A DNA stretch of 62,416 bases, filler included, from a bacterium (GTDB lineage Bacteria; JALSQH01), in the NCBI GenBank assembly GCA_026985515.1. It is 8 parts of 8 records of this genome, joined end to end, with 100 filler letters (N's around TTAATTAATTAA, not from the genome) between each part and the next. Parts side by side here need not be neighbours in the genome. Positions count along the whole stretch, not along the records: positions 34,346 to 45,428 come from JALSQH010000146.1; positions 45,529 to 48,265 come from JALSQH010000149.1; positions 48,366 to 51,101 come from JALSQH010000150.1; 5 more parts are not named here. One strand, given 5' to 3'. A program made the position numbers and the translations under genes. The notes beneath the pieces were generated by a model. That model was not told the DNA's origin, did not search any database, and was given only the letters and a program-made list of their open reading frames with translations. Shown piece after piece: positions 39,117-48,866 of this stretch (positions are counted from its first letter, which is position 1; each line of letters begins with the position of its first letter).

Positions 39117-39605
39117 CTACTCCACCTCAATCTGAAGTATCAACTCAAGATGATCTGGATCGGAAACTTTTTTTCTGATCTGTATTCTCCTCACTCTGGT
39201 GTTAAAACGGGAATTCTTTTCAATTTCAAAGAGAAAATCCACCACTTCACTGAGATTAAGATTATCCATTCTTATCTCAAAAACCTTTTTTCTATCACTC
39301 CTCAGAGGCTTAATGGATGTAACATTCTTCTCAAGTCCCAGTTTTCTCGTTCTGCTGCTGAGATAGGCGAGTATGGAGCCCCGGGTTGCCCTTTTACCAT
39401 TTTTACCCACAAGTTTTTTCAATCTAAGATACTCTGAAGCCAGCCTTTTAACCTCTGCCGCTTCTTTTCTTTTATACCTGAGTTTCCGCTCGTAGTAACT
39501 CTTCCCAGAGAGAAGTGACCACTCAACTATCAGAAATATCAGGGAAATGAGGATAAATATAGCAGCGGCAATTAAATACCTTCTGTTCTGCTGCGTTAAC
39601 TCCAT
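39117..39605 (-). CDS. gspM: Type II secretion system protein M (GspM-like)
   Basis: Single TM, coiled coil, ferredoxin-like C-terminus (EIRMDNLNLSEVVDFLFEIE..VRRIQIRK). Confidence 0.75.
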   Translation of the reverse strand: MELTQQNRRYLIAAAIFILISLIFLIVEWSLLSGKSYYERKLRYKRKEAAEVKRLASEYLRLKKLVGKNGKRATRGSILAYLSSRTRKLGLEKNVTSIKPLRSDRKKVFEIRMDNLNLSEVVDFLFEIEKNSRFNTRVRRIQIRKKVSDPDHLELILQIEVE

Positions 39606-41062
39606 TATTCACCTTTGAGTTTAGCCGTTATTGTAAAATCAACTCTCCCGCTCTTCTGAAGTTTCCTGGAATCAACAATGGCCACAGATTCCAGAACTCC
39701 GGAGTTTGAGAGAGATGATCTTATTTTCTCGAGCATGGAAAAATCGGAAGTTTCTCCTCTCAACCGCATATTACTTCCTTCGATGGTAAGATCAGTGACA
39801 GTGATATTTACATCTGACGGCATGGAAGAAGAAATTGACTTCAGCACATCTATAACTGCCATCTTTTTCTTCCCCCCTCCACTCTGCAACCTTTTTTTCA
39901 ATTCATCAATTCTGGATTGAAGAGTATCAACATAATCATAAAAAACAGTTTCTCCGGGAAGTGCCCTGTGGATGGCTTCAAGTTCCATCTTCTTTGTCTC
40001 AACATATTCCCTCTTTACCCTTGAATATGAAATAGCCGTGGAGATGATGATAAAAATAAGCACAAGAGTGTAGAGAATTCCTGTGGTCAGCAATCTGGGC
40101 CTCAACTCCGCCCACTCCTTCTCACCCTGTTCCGCTGGAAGTGCAAAGTTTATTTCATTTGTAAATGGACCTCTGAATCCGTTGAGGGCAAGGGCAAGGG
40201 GAAGATGAAAAGAGCTCTCAGGAGGTTCAGGGGGAAAATATCCTGCCAGATTTACACTGAGCACCTCACACTTAATCCCCGTAACTTTTCCAAGAATTTT
40301 CACAAGATTTTCTGGTCGAATCCCTCCTCCAGTCAGGTAAATCTTTTTTATTTCCCTCCCCGTTTGATTCCTGAAGGAGTAAATGGTCTGGAGAAGTTCA
40401 ACTGAAAGCAGCTTGAGGTAATCCTCAACCAGCCCCTCGGCAAGGGAATCTCCTCTCTTTATCTTCTCTGCATCCTCCCTCTCCACACTCTCCCTCTTCA
40501 TAATCATCTCTGTGAGCAAATCCCCACCTACAGAGAGATAACGGGGATAAAACTTCTTTCCTCCTGCCCACCCTGTAAAATTTGAATGATCATGTTCAAT
40601 GTCGAGGATCGCCACATCCTCTTCCTCTCCCACAAACTGAAAAAGGGTGGAAAGATAGAGAGATTCTATACCTATTCTGGATACGCTGAGGGAATTCTCC
40701 CTGAGAGTATCTGAAAATGATTCAATTTCTTCATTTTTAACAATTGCCACGAGAATAGTGGAGCCCCTGCCCTTTTCCCACATCTGAAAATCGTAGGTTA
40801 CCTCTTTCAGAGAAAAAGGTATTGTATCTTCAAGCTCAGAATCAAGAACCTGAAGAATTCTTCTTCTCTGAGTAAAGGGAAATCTGAGAATTCTGAAAGT
40901 CGTACCTCTTCCCGAAATGGCAGTTATTGTCGTTCCCTCTGGAGAAAAGTCTGAAAGAGAAGTCACTGTGACATCCTTCAGAGAAAACTCTCCCCTCTTT
41001 TTTTCAACTGTGACTGCTCTCACCCTTTTTCCTTCAACCACTATACCGGTGGAAAGAGCCAT
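39605..41062 (-). CDS. gspL: Type II secretion system protein L (PilM-like cytoplasmic domain, TM, PilN-like periplasmic domain)
   Basis: FPFTQRRRILQVLDSELEDTIPF, ILDIE, IYLTGGG, INF, TM helix, LRGETSDF. Confidence 0.8.
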   Translation of the reverse strand: MALSTGIVVEGKRVRAVTVEKKRGEFSLKDVTVTSLSDFSPEGTTITAISGRGTTFRILRFPFTQRRRILQVLDSELEDTIPFSLKEVTYDFQMWEKGRGSTILVAIVKNEEIESFSDTLRENSLSVSRIGIESLYLSTLFQFVGEEEDVAILDIEHDHSNFTGWAGGKKFYPRYLSVGGDLLTEMIMKRESVEREDAEKIKRGDSLAEGLVEDYLKLLSVELLQTIYSFRNQTGREIKKIYLTGGGIRPENLVKILGKVTGIKCEVLSVNLAGYFPPEPPESSFHLPLALALNGFRGPFTNEINFALPAEQGEKEWAELRPRLLTTGILYTLVLIFIIISTAISYSRVKREYVETKKMELEAIHRALPGETVFYDYVDTLQSRIDELKKRLQSGGGKKKMAVIDVLKSISSSMPSDVNITVTDLTIEGSNMRLRGETSDFSMLEKIRSSLSNSGVLESVAIVDSRKLQKSGRVDFTITAKLKGE

Positions 41063-41958
41063 CACTTAACTCCAATGGATAAGTACTTTTCTTTCCTTCT
41101 TTCCAGTCGTTTATTATCTCCCATTTTCCTCAGTTCCGCAATGTTTCTCAGGATGGCTTCTCTAATATGTTGAGAGGTCTCCTCTGGATCCCAGTGGGCA
41201 CCCCCTGGCGGCTCATCAATAACTTCGTCAATCAGTCCCAGTTCAAACAATTCTTCTGATAAGATCTTCATTCTTCTGGCAACTTCTTCGCTCCTTTCCT
41301 CCGTTCGATAAATTATGGTTGAAGAAGCCTCAGGTGCAATTACCATGAAAATAGTGTGTTTTAACATCAGGATCCTGTCTGCTAAACTGAAAGCTATGGC
41401 TCCACCACTTCCACCCTCTCCAATAACTACACCGAGAGTTGGTGTGGGGACCATATACATTTCGTGCAGCATAGTGGATATCCAGTATGCCATCCCCTCC
41501 TCTTCCCTTTCAAAACCGGGGAAAGTACCGGGATTGTCAACAAGGGTTACAACGGGCAGAAGGAAACGGGATGACATTTTCAACATTCTGATCCCTTTCC
41601 TTATACCTGCAGGGGAAAGGATGTTTTCCTTCCTCCTTGACTTCTCCTGAGCAACAACCACAAATTTCTCGTTACCCACCCTCCCCAGTCCAGCAATTAC
41701 CGATCTGTCCTCCCTCTGACATCTATCCCCCTTAATCTCCAAAAATTCGTCAAAGATCAATGGGATCAAATCACTGCTCCTGGGACGGGACGGATGTCTT
41801 GCAAGTTCCACCTTCTGCCAGTAGGTCAAATTTTCTTCTAACTTCTTCCTCTCCTCCAGAAACTTATCCCGAAGGATCTCCTTTTTTAAAGGATTTTTTG
41901 TTCTTACCAGACGCAGATAAAGGTCTCGGAGATCTTTCTCAAATTGCAGGAACCTCAT
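41062..41958 (-). CDS. accA: Acetyl-CoA carboxylase carboxyltransferase alpha subunit (divergent)
   Basis: LTYWQKVELARHPSRP, GDR, IGEGGSGGA, LIDEVIDEPPGGAH; several canonical motifs altered. Confidence 0.82.
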   Translation of the reverse strand: MRFLQFEKDLRDLYLRLVRTKNPLKKEILRDKFLEERKKLEENLTYWQKVELARHPSRPRSSDLIPLIFDEFLEIKGDRCQREDRSVIAGLGRVGNEKFVVVAQEKSRRKENILSPAGIRKGIRMLKMSSRFLLPVVTLVDNPGTFPGFEREEEGMAYWISTMLHEMYMVPTPTLGVVIGEGGSGGAIAFSLADRILMLKHTIFMVIAPEASSTIIYRTEERSEEVARRMKILSEELFELGLIDEVIDEPPGGAHWDPEETSQHIREAILRNIAELRKMGDNKRLERRKEKYLSIGVK

Positions 41959-42868
41959 TTCCCCTCAAAAACTCCTCAATTCTCTTGTTTACTTCCTCCT
42001 CCTCAGGTTTCAGGAAATAAAACCCTTTCTCCTTCCTGAACCATATGATCTGACGCCTCGCCAGATCCCATGTGGAGGAGAAAATTTTTTTCTTCAGCTC
42101 TTCAGTATCCCCAATTTTTCCTTCAAGATACAGAATCACTTCTCTATATCCGACAGATTGCAGTGGCTTAAGTTCCTTACTGTGCTTTTTAAGAATTTCT
42201 CTCACTTCATCTATCAATCCTTCCTCTATCATCTTCTCAATTCTGAGAGCTATTCTTCTCCTCAGTGTTTCTCTATCCCATGAGAGAAAGATTCCAAGAA
42301 AATTGTATGGTGAATCTGCAAAGGCATGCCTCTTCTGAAGCTCACTCATCCTCTCTCCCGTGAGATACCAGACCTCAAGAGCCCTTACTATTCTCACAAG
42401 ATCAGCAGGATGAAGTTTCCTGGCCGTCTCGGGATCAACCCTTTCAAGTTCTCTGTAAAGGGATCCAGGGGATAATTTTTCTCTCTCCTTCAGTTTTTCC
42501 CTTATTTTTTCATCCCGCTCAGGCTGCTCAAACAACCCGTGGAGCAGAGCTCTGATATAGAGACCAGTCCCCCCCACCACAATGGGAAGTCTCCCCCTGG
42601 AAAGAATCTCCTCAATTTTTTTTCTTGCGATTTTCATGTAGTCGTAGGCGGTAAAATTCACCTCCAGATCCACAAAACCATACAGGTGATGGGGAACTTC
42701 CTCCATCCACTCCTCAGGTGGTACCGCCGCCCCGATCTTCAATTCTCTGTAAACCTGCACAGAATCCGCATTAACAATCTCTCCCCCAAAGTGTTTCGCC
42801 ATTCTGTAGGCAATCTCACTTTTGCCAGATGCAGTTGGTCCAGATATAACGACTATCTTTGGTTTCAA
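41939..42868 (-). CDS. miaA: tRNA dimethylallyltransferase
   Basis: GPTASGKS, NADSVQVY, VPHHL, VGGTGLY, RIVRALEV, ARRQIIWF. Confidence 0.96.
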   Translation of the reverse strand: MKPKIVVISGPTASGKSEIAYRMAKHFGGEIVNADSVQVYRELKIGAAVPPEEWMEEVPHHLYGFVDLEVNFTAYDYMKIARKKIEEILSRGRLPIVVGGTGLYIRALLHGLFEQPERDEKIREKLKEREKLSPGSLYRELERVDPETARKLHPADLVRIVRALEVWYLTGERMSELQKRHAFADSPYNFLGIFLSWDRETLRRRIALRIEKMIEEGLIDEVREILKKHSKELKPLQSVGYREVILYLEGKIGDTEELKKKIFSSTWDLARRQIIWFRKEKGFYFLKPEEEEVNKRIEEFLRGNEVPAI

Positions 42869-44571
42869 TGTTCATCCCTCAAAAAGATCTTTTCAAACTG
42901 GGCTTTGCTCAATCTGTAAATTGCAGGCCTGCCATGGGGACAATACTTTGACTCCTCATACTTTTCCGCTTCTTGAATGAGGTACTTCATCCTTTCAAAA
43001 CTCAGGGGAGTGTTACCCTTGATGGCGCTCTTACACGCAACAGTGGCGGCAATTTTTTTTATGTACTCCTGAAGAGAGAGGGGTTCCCCTTCTTCCTCAA
43101 GTTCTACAATGACCTCCTCAACTATTTTTTCAACATCCTCACCGGTAAGGAGGGAAGGATAAGCGGTGAGATATATCCTTTGCCCTTTTCTCTCAAAACC
43201 AAATCCAAGAGATTCAAGGTAGGGAATCTGTCTCTCCAATATCTCCCTTTTCTCATCACTTAACTTCAACTCAACAGGAACCAGCAGGTACTGGGTTGCT
43301 CTGCTTTTTCCCTCAAAGTGTTCCATCAGTTTCAGGTAGAGTATCTTCTCATGAGTTGCATGCTGATCCATGAAGTAGAGAGAGTCCCCTTTCTGATAAA
43401 TTATGTAAGTACCAAAAGCCTGTCCCAGAATTTTGATTCCCTCATCTGTGGTCCCTGACAGGGATTCAAAGAACTTTTCACCTATTACAGAATGATTCCC
43501 TTCTCTGACCGGCGATGAAGTGGCATACTCCTCTCTTTCACTCTCCCTCACCCACACCTTTTCTACAGGCATGGTGGCTACCCCTTCAGGAGCAAAGGAG
43601 ATAATGCTCTCCCCTACAAAACTCATTATCTTTTTTTCGTTGAAAAATTTTACTTCAAGCTTTGAAGGATGAACATTAACATCAATCCACTCAGGGGGAA
43701 CTTCAAGGAAAAGCACAAATACCGGGTAACGATCAGGAGGTATGAAATTTCTGAAACTTTTTATGATGACGGCATCAAGAATCTGGTTTTTCACAAATCT
43801 CCCATTTACATAGGTGAAGATGTATGAACTTCTCTTCCTGGCAAAAGCTGGAGGAGCGTAAACGCCGCTTATTCTCATACCATCTCTCTCAAACGAGAAT
43901 TCAGTCAGATCATCCACAAAATCTTCTCCAGCAAAGATGGTTCTGACCCTTTCCTTTATCCCTCTGGAAGGGGGAAGATACAGTTTCCTTTTACCCTCTG
44001 CAGAAAAGGAGAATCCTACATTCCATGAGGAAATCGCCTCCTTCTTCACCACATCCCGGACATAGTTTTCCTCAGTGGAGCTTCTCTTCAAAAAGCGTAA
44101 CCTTGCAGGTGTATTGAAAAAGAGATACCTCACTATGACATCGGTACCCTCTGGAGCATTTGTCTCCACCGGTTCTCCCGCACTTCCCCCCTTCACCTCA
44201 ATTCTCCACCCCTCTTCACTCCCCCTTTCCCTTGTGGTTATGGTCAGATGTGAAACCGCCCCTATTGATGCAAGAGCCTCTCCTCTGAAGCCAAAAGTCC
44301 TGATGGCATAAAGATCATCAGGTTTCTCGATCTTGCTTGTTGTATGCTCCTGAACGGCAAGGAGGAGGTCATCTCTGCTCATTCCAGTACCATCATCTCT
44401 GACCCTTATGAGTCTTTTACCACCCTCCTCAACCCACACTTCAATTTTCGTGGCACCTGCATCAAGGGAATTCTCAATCAACTCCTTGACAACAGATGCG
44501 GGCCTCTCAACAACCTCCCCGGCAGCAATTTTTTCAACCAGTTCCGATGGCAGTTTTTTTATTCTTCCCAT
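42865..44571 (-). CDS. mutL: DNA mismatch repair endonuclease MutL
   Basis: IAAGEVVERPASVVKELIENSLDAGA, GFRGEALASI, DVNVHPSK, DQHATHEKILY, ACK and CPHGRP endonuclease motifs. Confidence 0.97.
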   Translation of the reverse strand: MGRIKKLPSELVEKIAAGEVVERPASVVKELIENSLDAGATKIEVWVEEGGKRLIRVRDDGTGMSRDDLLLAVQEHTTSKIEKPDDLYAIRTFGFRGEALASIGAVSHLTITTRERGSEEGWRIEVKGGSAGEPVETNAPEGTDVIVRYLFFNTPARLRFLKRSSTEENYVRDVVKKEAISSWNVGFSFSAEGKRKLYLPPSRGIKERVRTIFAGEDFVDDLTEFSFERDGMRISGVYAPPAFARKRSSYIFTYVNGRFVKNQILDAVIIKSFRNFIPPDRYPVFVLFLEVPPEWIDVNVHPSKLEVKFFNEKKIMSFVGESIISFAPEGVATMPVEKVWVRESEREEYATSSPVREGNHSVIGEKFFESLSGTTDEGIKILGQAFGTYIIYQKGDSLYFMDQHATHEKILYLKLMEHFEGKSRATQYLLVPVELKLSDEKREILERQIPYLESLGFGFERKGQRIYLTAYPSLLTGEDVEKIVEEVIVELEEEGEPLSLQEYIKKIAATVACKSAIKGNTPLSFERMKYLIQEAEKYEESKYCPHGRPAIYRLSKAQFEKIFLRDEH

Positions 44572-44608
44572 TTTTAAAACATTTCCTTTGTGCTACAATA
44601 AAGGGAAA

Positions 44609-45428
44609 ATGAAGAGAAAGTACCTCATAATTCCTGTTTTTAGTTTACTTGTTTTTTTTCTTTCTGTCTATACCATCGTAGAAATAAGAAAACCTGTTCC
44701 ACCCTCAACCTTTGAAACTGAGGTCCTCTTTTTTTCTTCACTTCCCCACACCCTGAACGCGCTCCACTGGATCAGGAAATTTCAGAAAAAGCCTGTAGAT
44801 TACTATCTGGTCAGAACAGTTGAGGAAATAGAAAAGGCCCTTCTACTCAAACCCACAGCAGGTTACCTCTGGCTGTGGGACGCAAAGTTGAGAAAGATGC
44901 TTGGTATGAGATACAAAAGTTTCGTGGAAACAGCACTGTGGATAGATCCCTACAGGATTAAACATGAAGATCTCCTCGACCTTCTCACCCCCGGGGAGAT
45001 CACCTCCTCCTCAGAAATCTACAGAACAAACCTTTTAGATAAACTCGTTCTGCTCAACAGAAACTGGAATTTCTTCAAAGAGCTATTTGAAAAGATATGG
45101 CAGGACAGGTATGGGAAAAAATTTCTACTGAAATGGGTGCCCGGAACAAAATGGGGAAAGGAGTATCTGGCCACATTTCTCGCCCTGAAGGGATACCCTG
45201 ACAGAAGTGTCACAATCCTTGAGGAACTGAAGGGGGAAAGGATAAACTGGAGGCCCCTCTGGGCTCTGATAAAAGTGGCTGAGAAGGAGGAAGGGAAGGG
45301 AGAAAGAAAGGTGGCAGAGAAGTTGCTTCTCAAAGTGTATGAAATGCAACCATATTTTGACAATATTGGCGTGAGAATTTTTAATTTTTACTACAGGGCT
45401 GGAGAAAAGGAAAAGGCCATGAAATTTT
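44609..45428 (+). CDS. Membrane-anchored TPR-like hypothetical protein (3'-truncated)
   Basis: Real start MKRKYLIIPV at 44609 (the track extension is antisense to mutL); N-terminal TM, helical TPR-like segments. Confidence 0.65.
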
Positions 45429-45528
45429 NNNNNNNNNNNNNNNNNNNNNNNNNNNNNNNNNNNNNNNNNNNNTTAATTAATTAANNNNNNNNNNNNNNNN
45501 NNNNNNNNNNNNNNNNNNNNNNNNNNNN
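45429..45528. other. Artificial contig-joining linker
   Basis: N-run with TTAATTAATTAA core. Confidence 0.98.
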
Positions 45529-45669
45529 TTTTCTGGAATTAATATTTTTCTGCATAGAAAACATAATGACAAAAAGTAAAACAAGGGACAGAGCAAATAT
45601 GATGAGGTGATTTCTGAGAGCAATTTTCCTTCTTTCTTCCTTAACAGGAAGCAAATTTATTCTTATCAT
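45529..45669 (-). CDS. pilN: Type IV pilus assembly protein PilN, N-terminal fragment
   Basis: MIRINLLP motif then TM; ATGA overlap with pilM. Confidence 0.9.
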
Positions 45670-46772
45670 GAATCATCCCTCCGTCTCAATGCTAATCCAA
45701 CCGGAACCGCCATCATTGGAGCATACTTTGTTACAATCTCGGGCTTATTCGAAACAAGATTTTCCGCTACTTTTATGTTCCTGAATGGATTCAGAAAATG
45801 AGTTGAAATGTCTGTCTTCTCTTCAATTATTCTCTGTAAACCAGGAGTGAGAGTACCACCACCACTCAACATAATTTTTGTTATCTTTTCCTCTGCATGA
45901 GAAACACTGTAGAAATCTATTGTTCTGGATATTTCCCCAGCAATTATTTCAGAAACTGAATCAATTATCTCAACCACCTCCTGAGAAATCACTTCTTCTC
46001 CGCTTTCAGATTCGGTATCTCCTCTCTTCAACTTTTCAGCTTCATCCGCACTAACACCCAGGTTTTTCTGAATTTCCTCAGTATAGGAGTTGCTTCCAAT
46101 AGTAAAATCCCTTACGACTATAGGAATACCATTCTTTATGATGTTGACATTTGTAAAAGATGCACCTATATTTACCAGAGCAACAACATTTTCCATTTCT
46201 TCGGGGTAATTTACTTCAAAAACATTCATAACTGCAAAGGCATCAATATCAATAACCACAGGTGTTAATCCTGCTTCATAGAGAACGGTGGTATAATCAC
46301 TTATCATATCCCGCTTGGCAGCTACAAGGATTATATCCATTTTACCGGGTTCAACTTCAGACTCGCCTATAATGTGATAGGCCAGATTAACTTCATCAAC
46401 TGAAAAAGTTATATGCTGTTCCGCTTCCCAGGTAATCTGCTCGTCAAGTTCGTCAGGGGTCATGTTGGGTACCATTATCTGCTTGACAATGACAGAACTT
46501 CCTCCAACTGAAGTGGCCACCTGCTTAACTTTTATTCCACACTCAGCAATTAGCTCAATGAGAGTATCTGTTACTGCAGCAGAATTCATTATACTACCTT
46601 CAACGATGGTGGTCGGAGGCAATTCTGCATAACATGCAGTTGTCAAAACATACTCATTCCCTTTCTGTACAACCTCAGCTATTTTTATTGCGAAAGAACC
46701 TATATCCACACCTATCAGCTTATTTGAAGTTAAAAAAGGTATTTTCTCAGCAAGAGTTTCAAGAAAACCCAT
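45666..46772 (-). CDS. pilM: Type IV pilus assembly protein PilM
   Basis: GVDIGSFAIK, WEAEQHI, LVAAKRD, VNIGAS, MLSGGG, VGLALR. Confidence 0.95.
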   Translation of the reverse strand: MGFLETLAEKIPFLTSNKLIGVDIGSFAIKIAEVVQKGNEYVLTTACYAELPPTTIVEGSIMNSAAVTDTLIELIAECGIKVKQVATSVGGSSVIVKQIMVPNMTPDELDEQITWEAEQHITFSVDEVNLAYHIIGESEVEPGKMDIILVAAKRDMISDYTTVLYEAGLTPVVIDIDAFAVMNVFEVNYPEEMENVVALVNIGASFTNVNIIKNGIPIVVRDFTIGSNSYTEEIQKNLGVSADEAEKLKRGDTESESGEEVISQEVVEIIDSVSEIIAGEISRTIDFYSVSHAEEKITKIMLSGGGTLTPGLQRIIEEKTDISTHFLNPFRNIKVAENLVSNKPEIVTKYAPMMAVPVGLALRRRDDS

Positions 46773-46776
46773 GAAA

Positions 46777-47007
46777 TTATTCCTCCACTTTTAATTCTTC
46801 CTCATCCTCAAAGGGACCAAAAACTTTCTTTTTGTCAGATAGTTTTAATCCCATAGCCAGGAGAATTTTTCTCTGCGTTTCAAGCCTGCAATTGGCTCCC
46901 TTTTCAATTCTGTTCAGAGTTACCAGAGAAATTCCTGCCTTTCTTGCAAGCTCTGATTTACTCATAAGTAATGCTTCTCTAAATTCCCTTACCCTGTTTT
47001 TTGGCAT
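46777..47007 (-). CDS. XRE-family helix-turn-helix regulator leading the pilMN operon
   Basis: NRVREFREALLMSKSELARKAGISLVTLNRIEKG; SD AAGGAG before ATG 47007. Confidence 0.88.
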   Translation of the reverse strand: MPKNRVREFREALLMSKSELARKAGISLVTLNRIEKGANCRLETQRKILLAMGLKLSDKKKVFGPFEDEEELKVEE

Positions 47008-47068
47008 TTCCCTATTCTCCTTAAGAGTATATATAACATTTTCACAATTCTGGCAAAATGTCAAGTAA

Positions 47069-47110
47069 TTTTATAAAAATTTTGCAAAACTTTATAAATT
47101 TTTTGCAAAA
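47069..47110. promoter_or_regulatory. Helically phased array of AT-rich palindromes (2 x 21-bp unit)
   Basis: TTTTATAAAA (47069), TTTTGCAAAA (47080), CTTTATAAAT (47090), TTTTGCAAAA (47101). Confidence 0.5.
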
Positions 47111-47181
47111 TATACATTATCTTGTGGTAAATCTTTCGAAACAACAAAATATTGAAAAAAGTGGTCCCAATAATGTTACAT

Positions 47182-47227
47182 TTGACTTTTTTTGACTTTC
47201 TGGTAGAATTTTGACTGATGGGTCGAA
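47182..47227 (+). promoter_or_regulatory. Promoter and probable autoregulatory operator of the TetR gene
   Basis: TTGACT-16-TAGAAT with TG extension; imperfect palindrome TTTGAC-TGATGG-GTCGAA overlaps the ATG. Confidence 0.5.
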
Positions 47228-47871
47228 TAAATTATTCAGAAAGGGTTCTTGCACGAAGAGAAAGGGAAAAGAGGGAAAGGATAGACACAATTCTTGATGC
47301 AGCACTGGAAGTTTTTTCCGAGAAGGGTTTTTACAATGCAAGGATGGAGGACATCGCAGAGAAAGCAGCTCTGGGTAAAGGAACCCTCTATTACTATTTC
47401 AGGACCAAGGAAGAACTCTATCTCACCCTTTTAAAACGGGAAGAATCAAGGCTAACAGAAACACTGGTATCTTCAATCAATCCCGACACCAGTATAGAAG
47501 ATTTCATCATACAGGTTGTGAGATTCTTCATAGATTACTTTTCTGAACATAAAGAGTACATCTCGGTCCTTTTCCCTATCCAGAGCGGATTTATATCTTT
47601 CAAGGACTCAGAACTTGTAAAAGAAATTGAGAATCTGAGAAGTGAATTTACTCACATCGCCGTAATGAGAGAAATGATAGAGAAGATTTTAGGAAGATGT
47701 AAACAGAAGGAATCGGGAGAAAGCATCCTCTATTTTCTGGCAATTATCATAAGAGGAATAGGTGATTTCATAAGGACAGGACAGAGTGAAAAGGTTAAAA
47801 AAAGTATTGAAAATATACTTTCCGAATTAAATCTTTGCAAAGAAAAGGAGCTCAGAGATGAAGTGGATTAA
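47218..47871 (+). CDS. TetR/AcrR family transcriptional regulator
   Basis: ILDAALEVFSEKGFYNARMEDIAEKAALGKGTLYYYFRTKEEL. Confidence 0.95.
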   Translation: MGRINYSERVLARREREKRERIDTILDAALEVFSEKGFYNARMEDIAEKAALGKGTLYYYFRTKEELYLTLLKREESRLTETLVSSINPDTSIEDFIIQVVRFFIDYFSEHKEYISVLFPIQSGFISFKDSELVKEIENLRSEFTHIAVMREMIEKILGRCKQKESGESILYFLAIIIRGIGDFIRTGQSEKVKKSIENILSELNLCKEKELRDEVD

Positions 47872-48265
47872 ACTGGTGGTAAAATATCCCCGCTTCTTCA
47901 TTATTACCCTCATACTCCTCACGATTTTCTTCGGATATGAGATAAAAAACATAAAAGTGGATGTTGACATTATACATTCACTTCCACAATCAATACCCGC
48001 CAAAAAACTCTACGACAAGATGAATGAAATTTTCCCGAGCAAGGAAATAATCCTTGTTGCCGTTGAATCACGAAGAGGAACAGTTTTTAAACCTGAGATT
48101 ATCAAAAAGGTTTATCAGCTCACCAGAGAATTTGAAAACATCAAAGACCTGTACAAGGTTATCAGCCCGACCAATGTTGACATAATTGAAGCATCCCCCG
48201 AGGGGATGGAAATTCATCCGATATTAAGAAAGATCCCCAAAACCCCTGAAGAGATCCAGGAATTT
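47858..48265 (+). CDS. MMPL/RND family transporter, N-terminal fragment
   Basis: N-terminal TM after 'VVKYPR', 'IKVDVDI..LP', 'EIFPSKEIILVAV', 'VISPTNV' typical of MMPL exporters; follows TetR. Confidence 0.75.
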
Positions 48266-48365
48266 NNNNNNNNNNNNNNNNNNNNNNNNNNNNNNNNNNN
48301 NNNNNNNNNTTAATTAATTAANNNNNNNNNNNNNNNNNNNNNNNNNNNNNNNNNNNNNNNNNNNN
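48266..48365. other. Artificial contig-joining linker
   Basis: N-run with TTAATTAATTAA core. Confidence 0.98.
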
Positions 48366-48819
48366 ATAACTAATAAAAATTTTAAACTTTTTATTGCAAG
48401 TAAGCATCTTTATCACCCAACATGGCGTATAACTCCTTCATATCCGCATTGAGTATTATTTCCCAATACTGCAGTATACCCGCACCATTGCGTATATGCC
48501 TTACTTTCCCTCCAATCTTAAAGTAATCTTTCAAAATTTGCAAAGTGTCTGTTTTCCTTAGCAAATCGCAACAATTCATCTTCCTCTTTCACACATTTTA
48601 ATCCTTCATACCCCAAATAAACTTTACCCTTTACTCCTAGTATACATTACCTCCTCTCCCCCGTCAACCTTGCGCTTTGACTCAAAAAAATATTTCTTCC
48701 GAAAGGTATGATGTTTATTAAAAGTTGGATAACCAAAATCTCTGATCCCGCCCTGAAAGTCACAGTTCCACTTAACCTCGGGAGACGAATAACTTTAATT
48801 ACAAAATGTCCCCCCCCTT

Positions 48820-48848
48820 TTGCCATACTCCCCCCATCTGAATATAAT
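48820..48848 (+). promoter_or_regulatory. Sigma70 promoter of speB
   Basis: TTGCCA-17-TATAAT, 18 nt upstream of the ATG. Confidence 0.7.
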
Positions 48849-48866
48849 ATCAACAAAGGTTGAAGT

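Noticed and set aside
44408-44608. N-terminal 67-aa extension of the TPR-like ORF
   Set aside because: It lies antisense to the mutL 5' end; the plausible start is the ATG at 44609.
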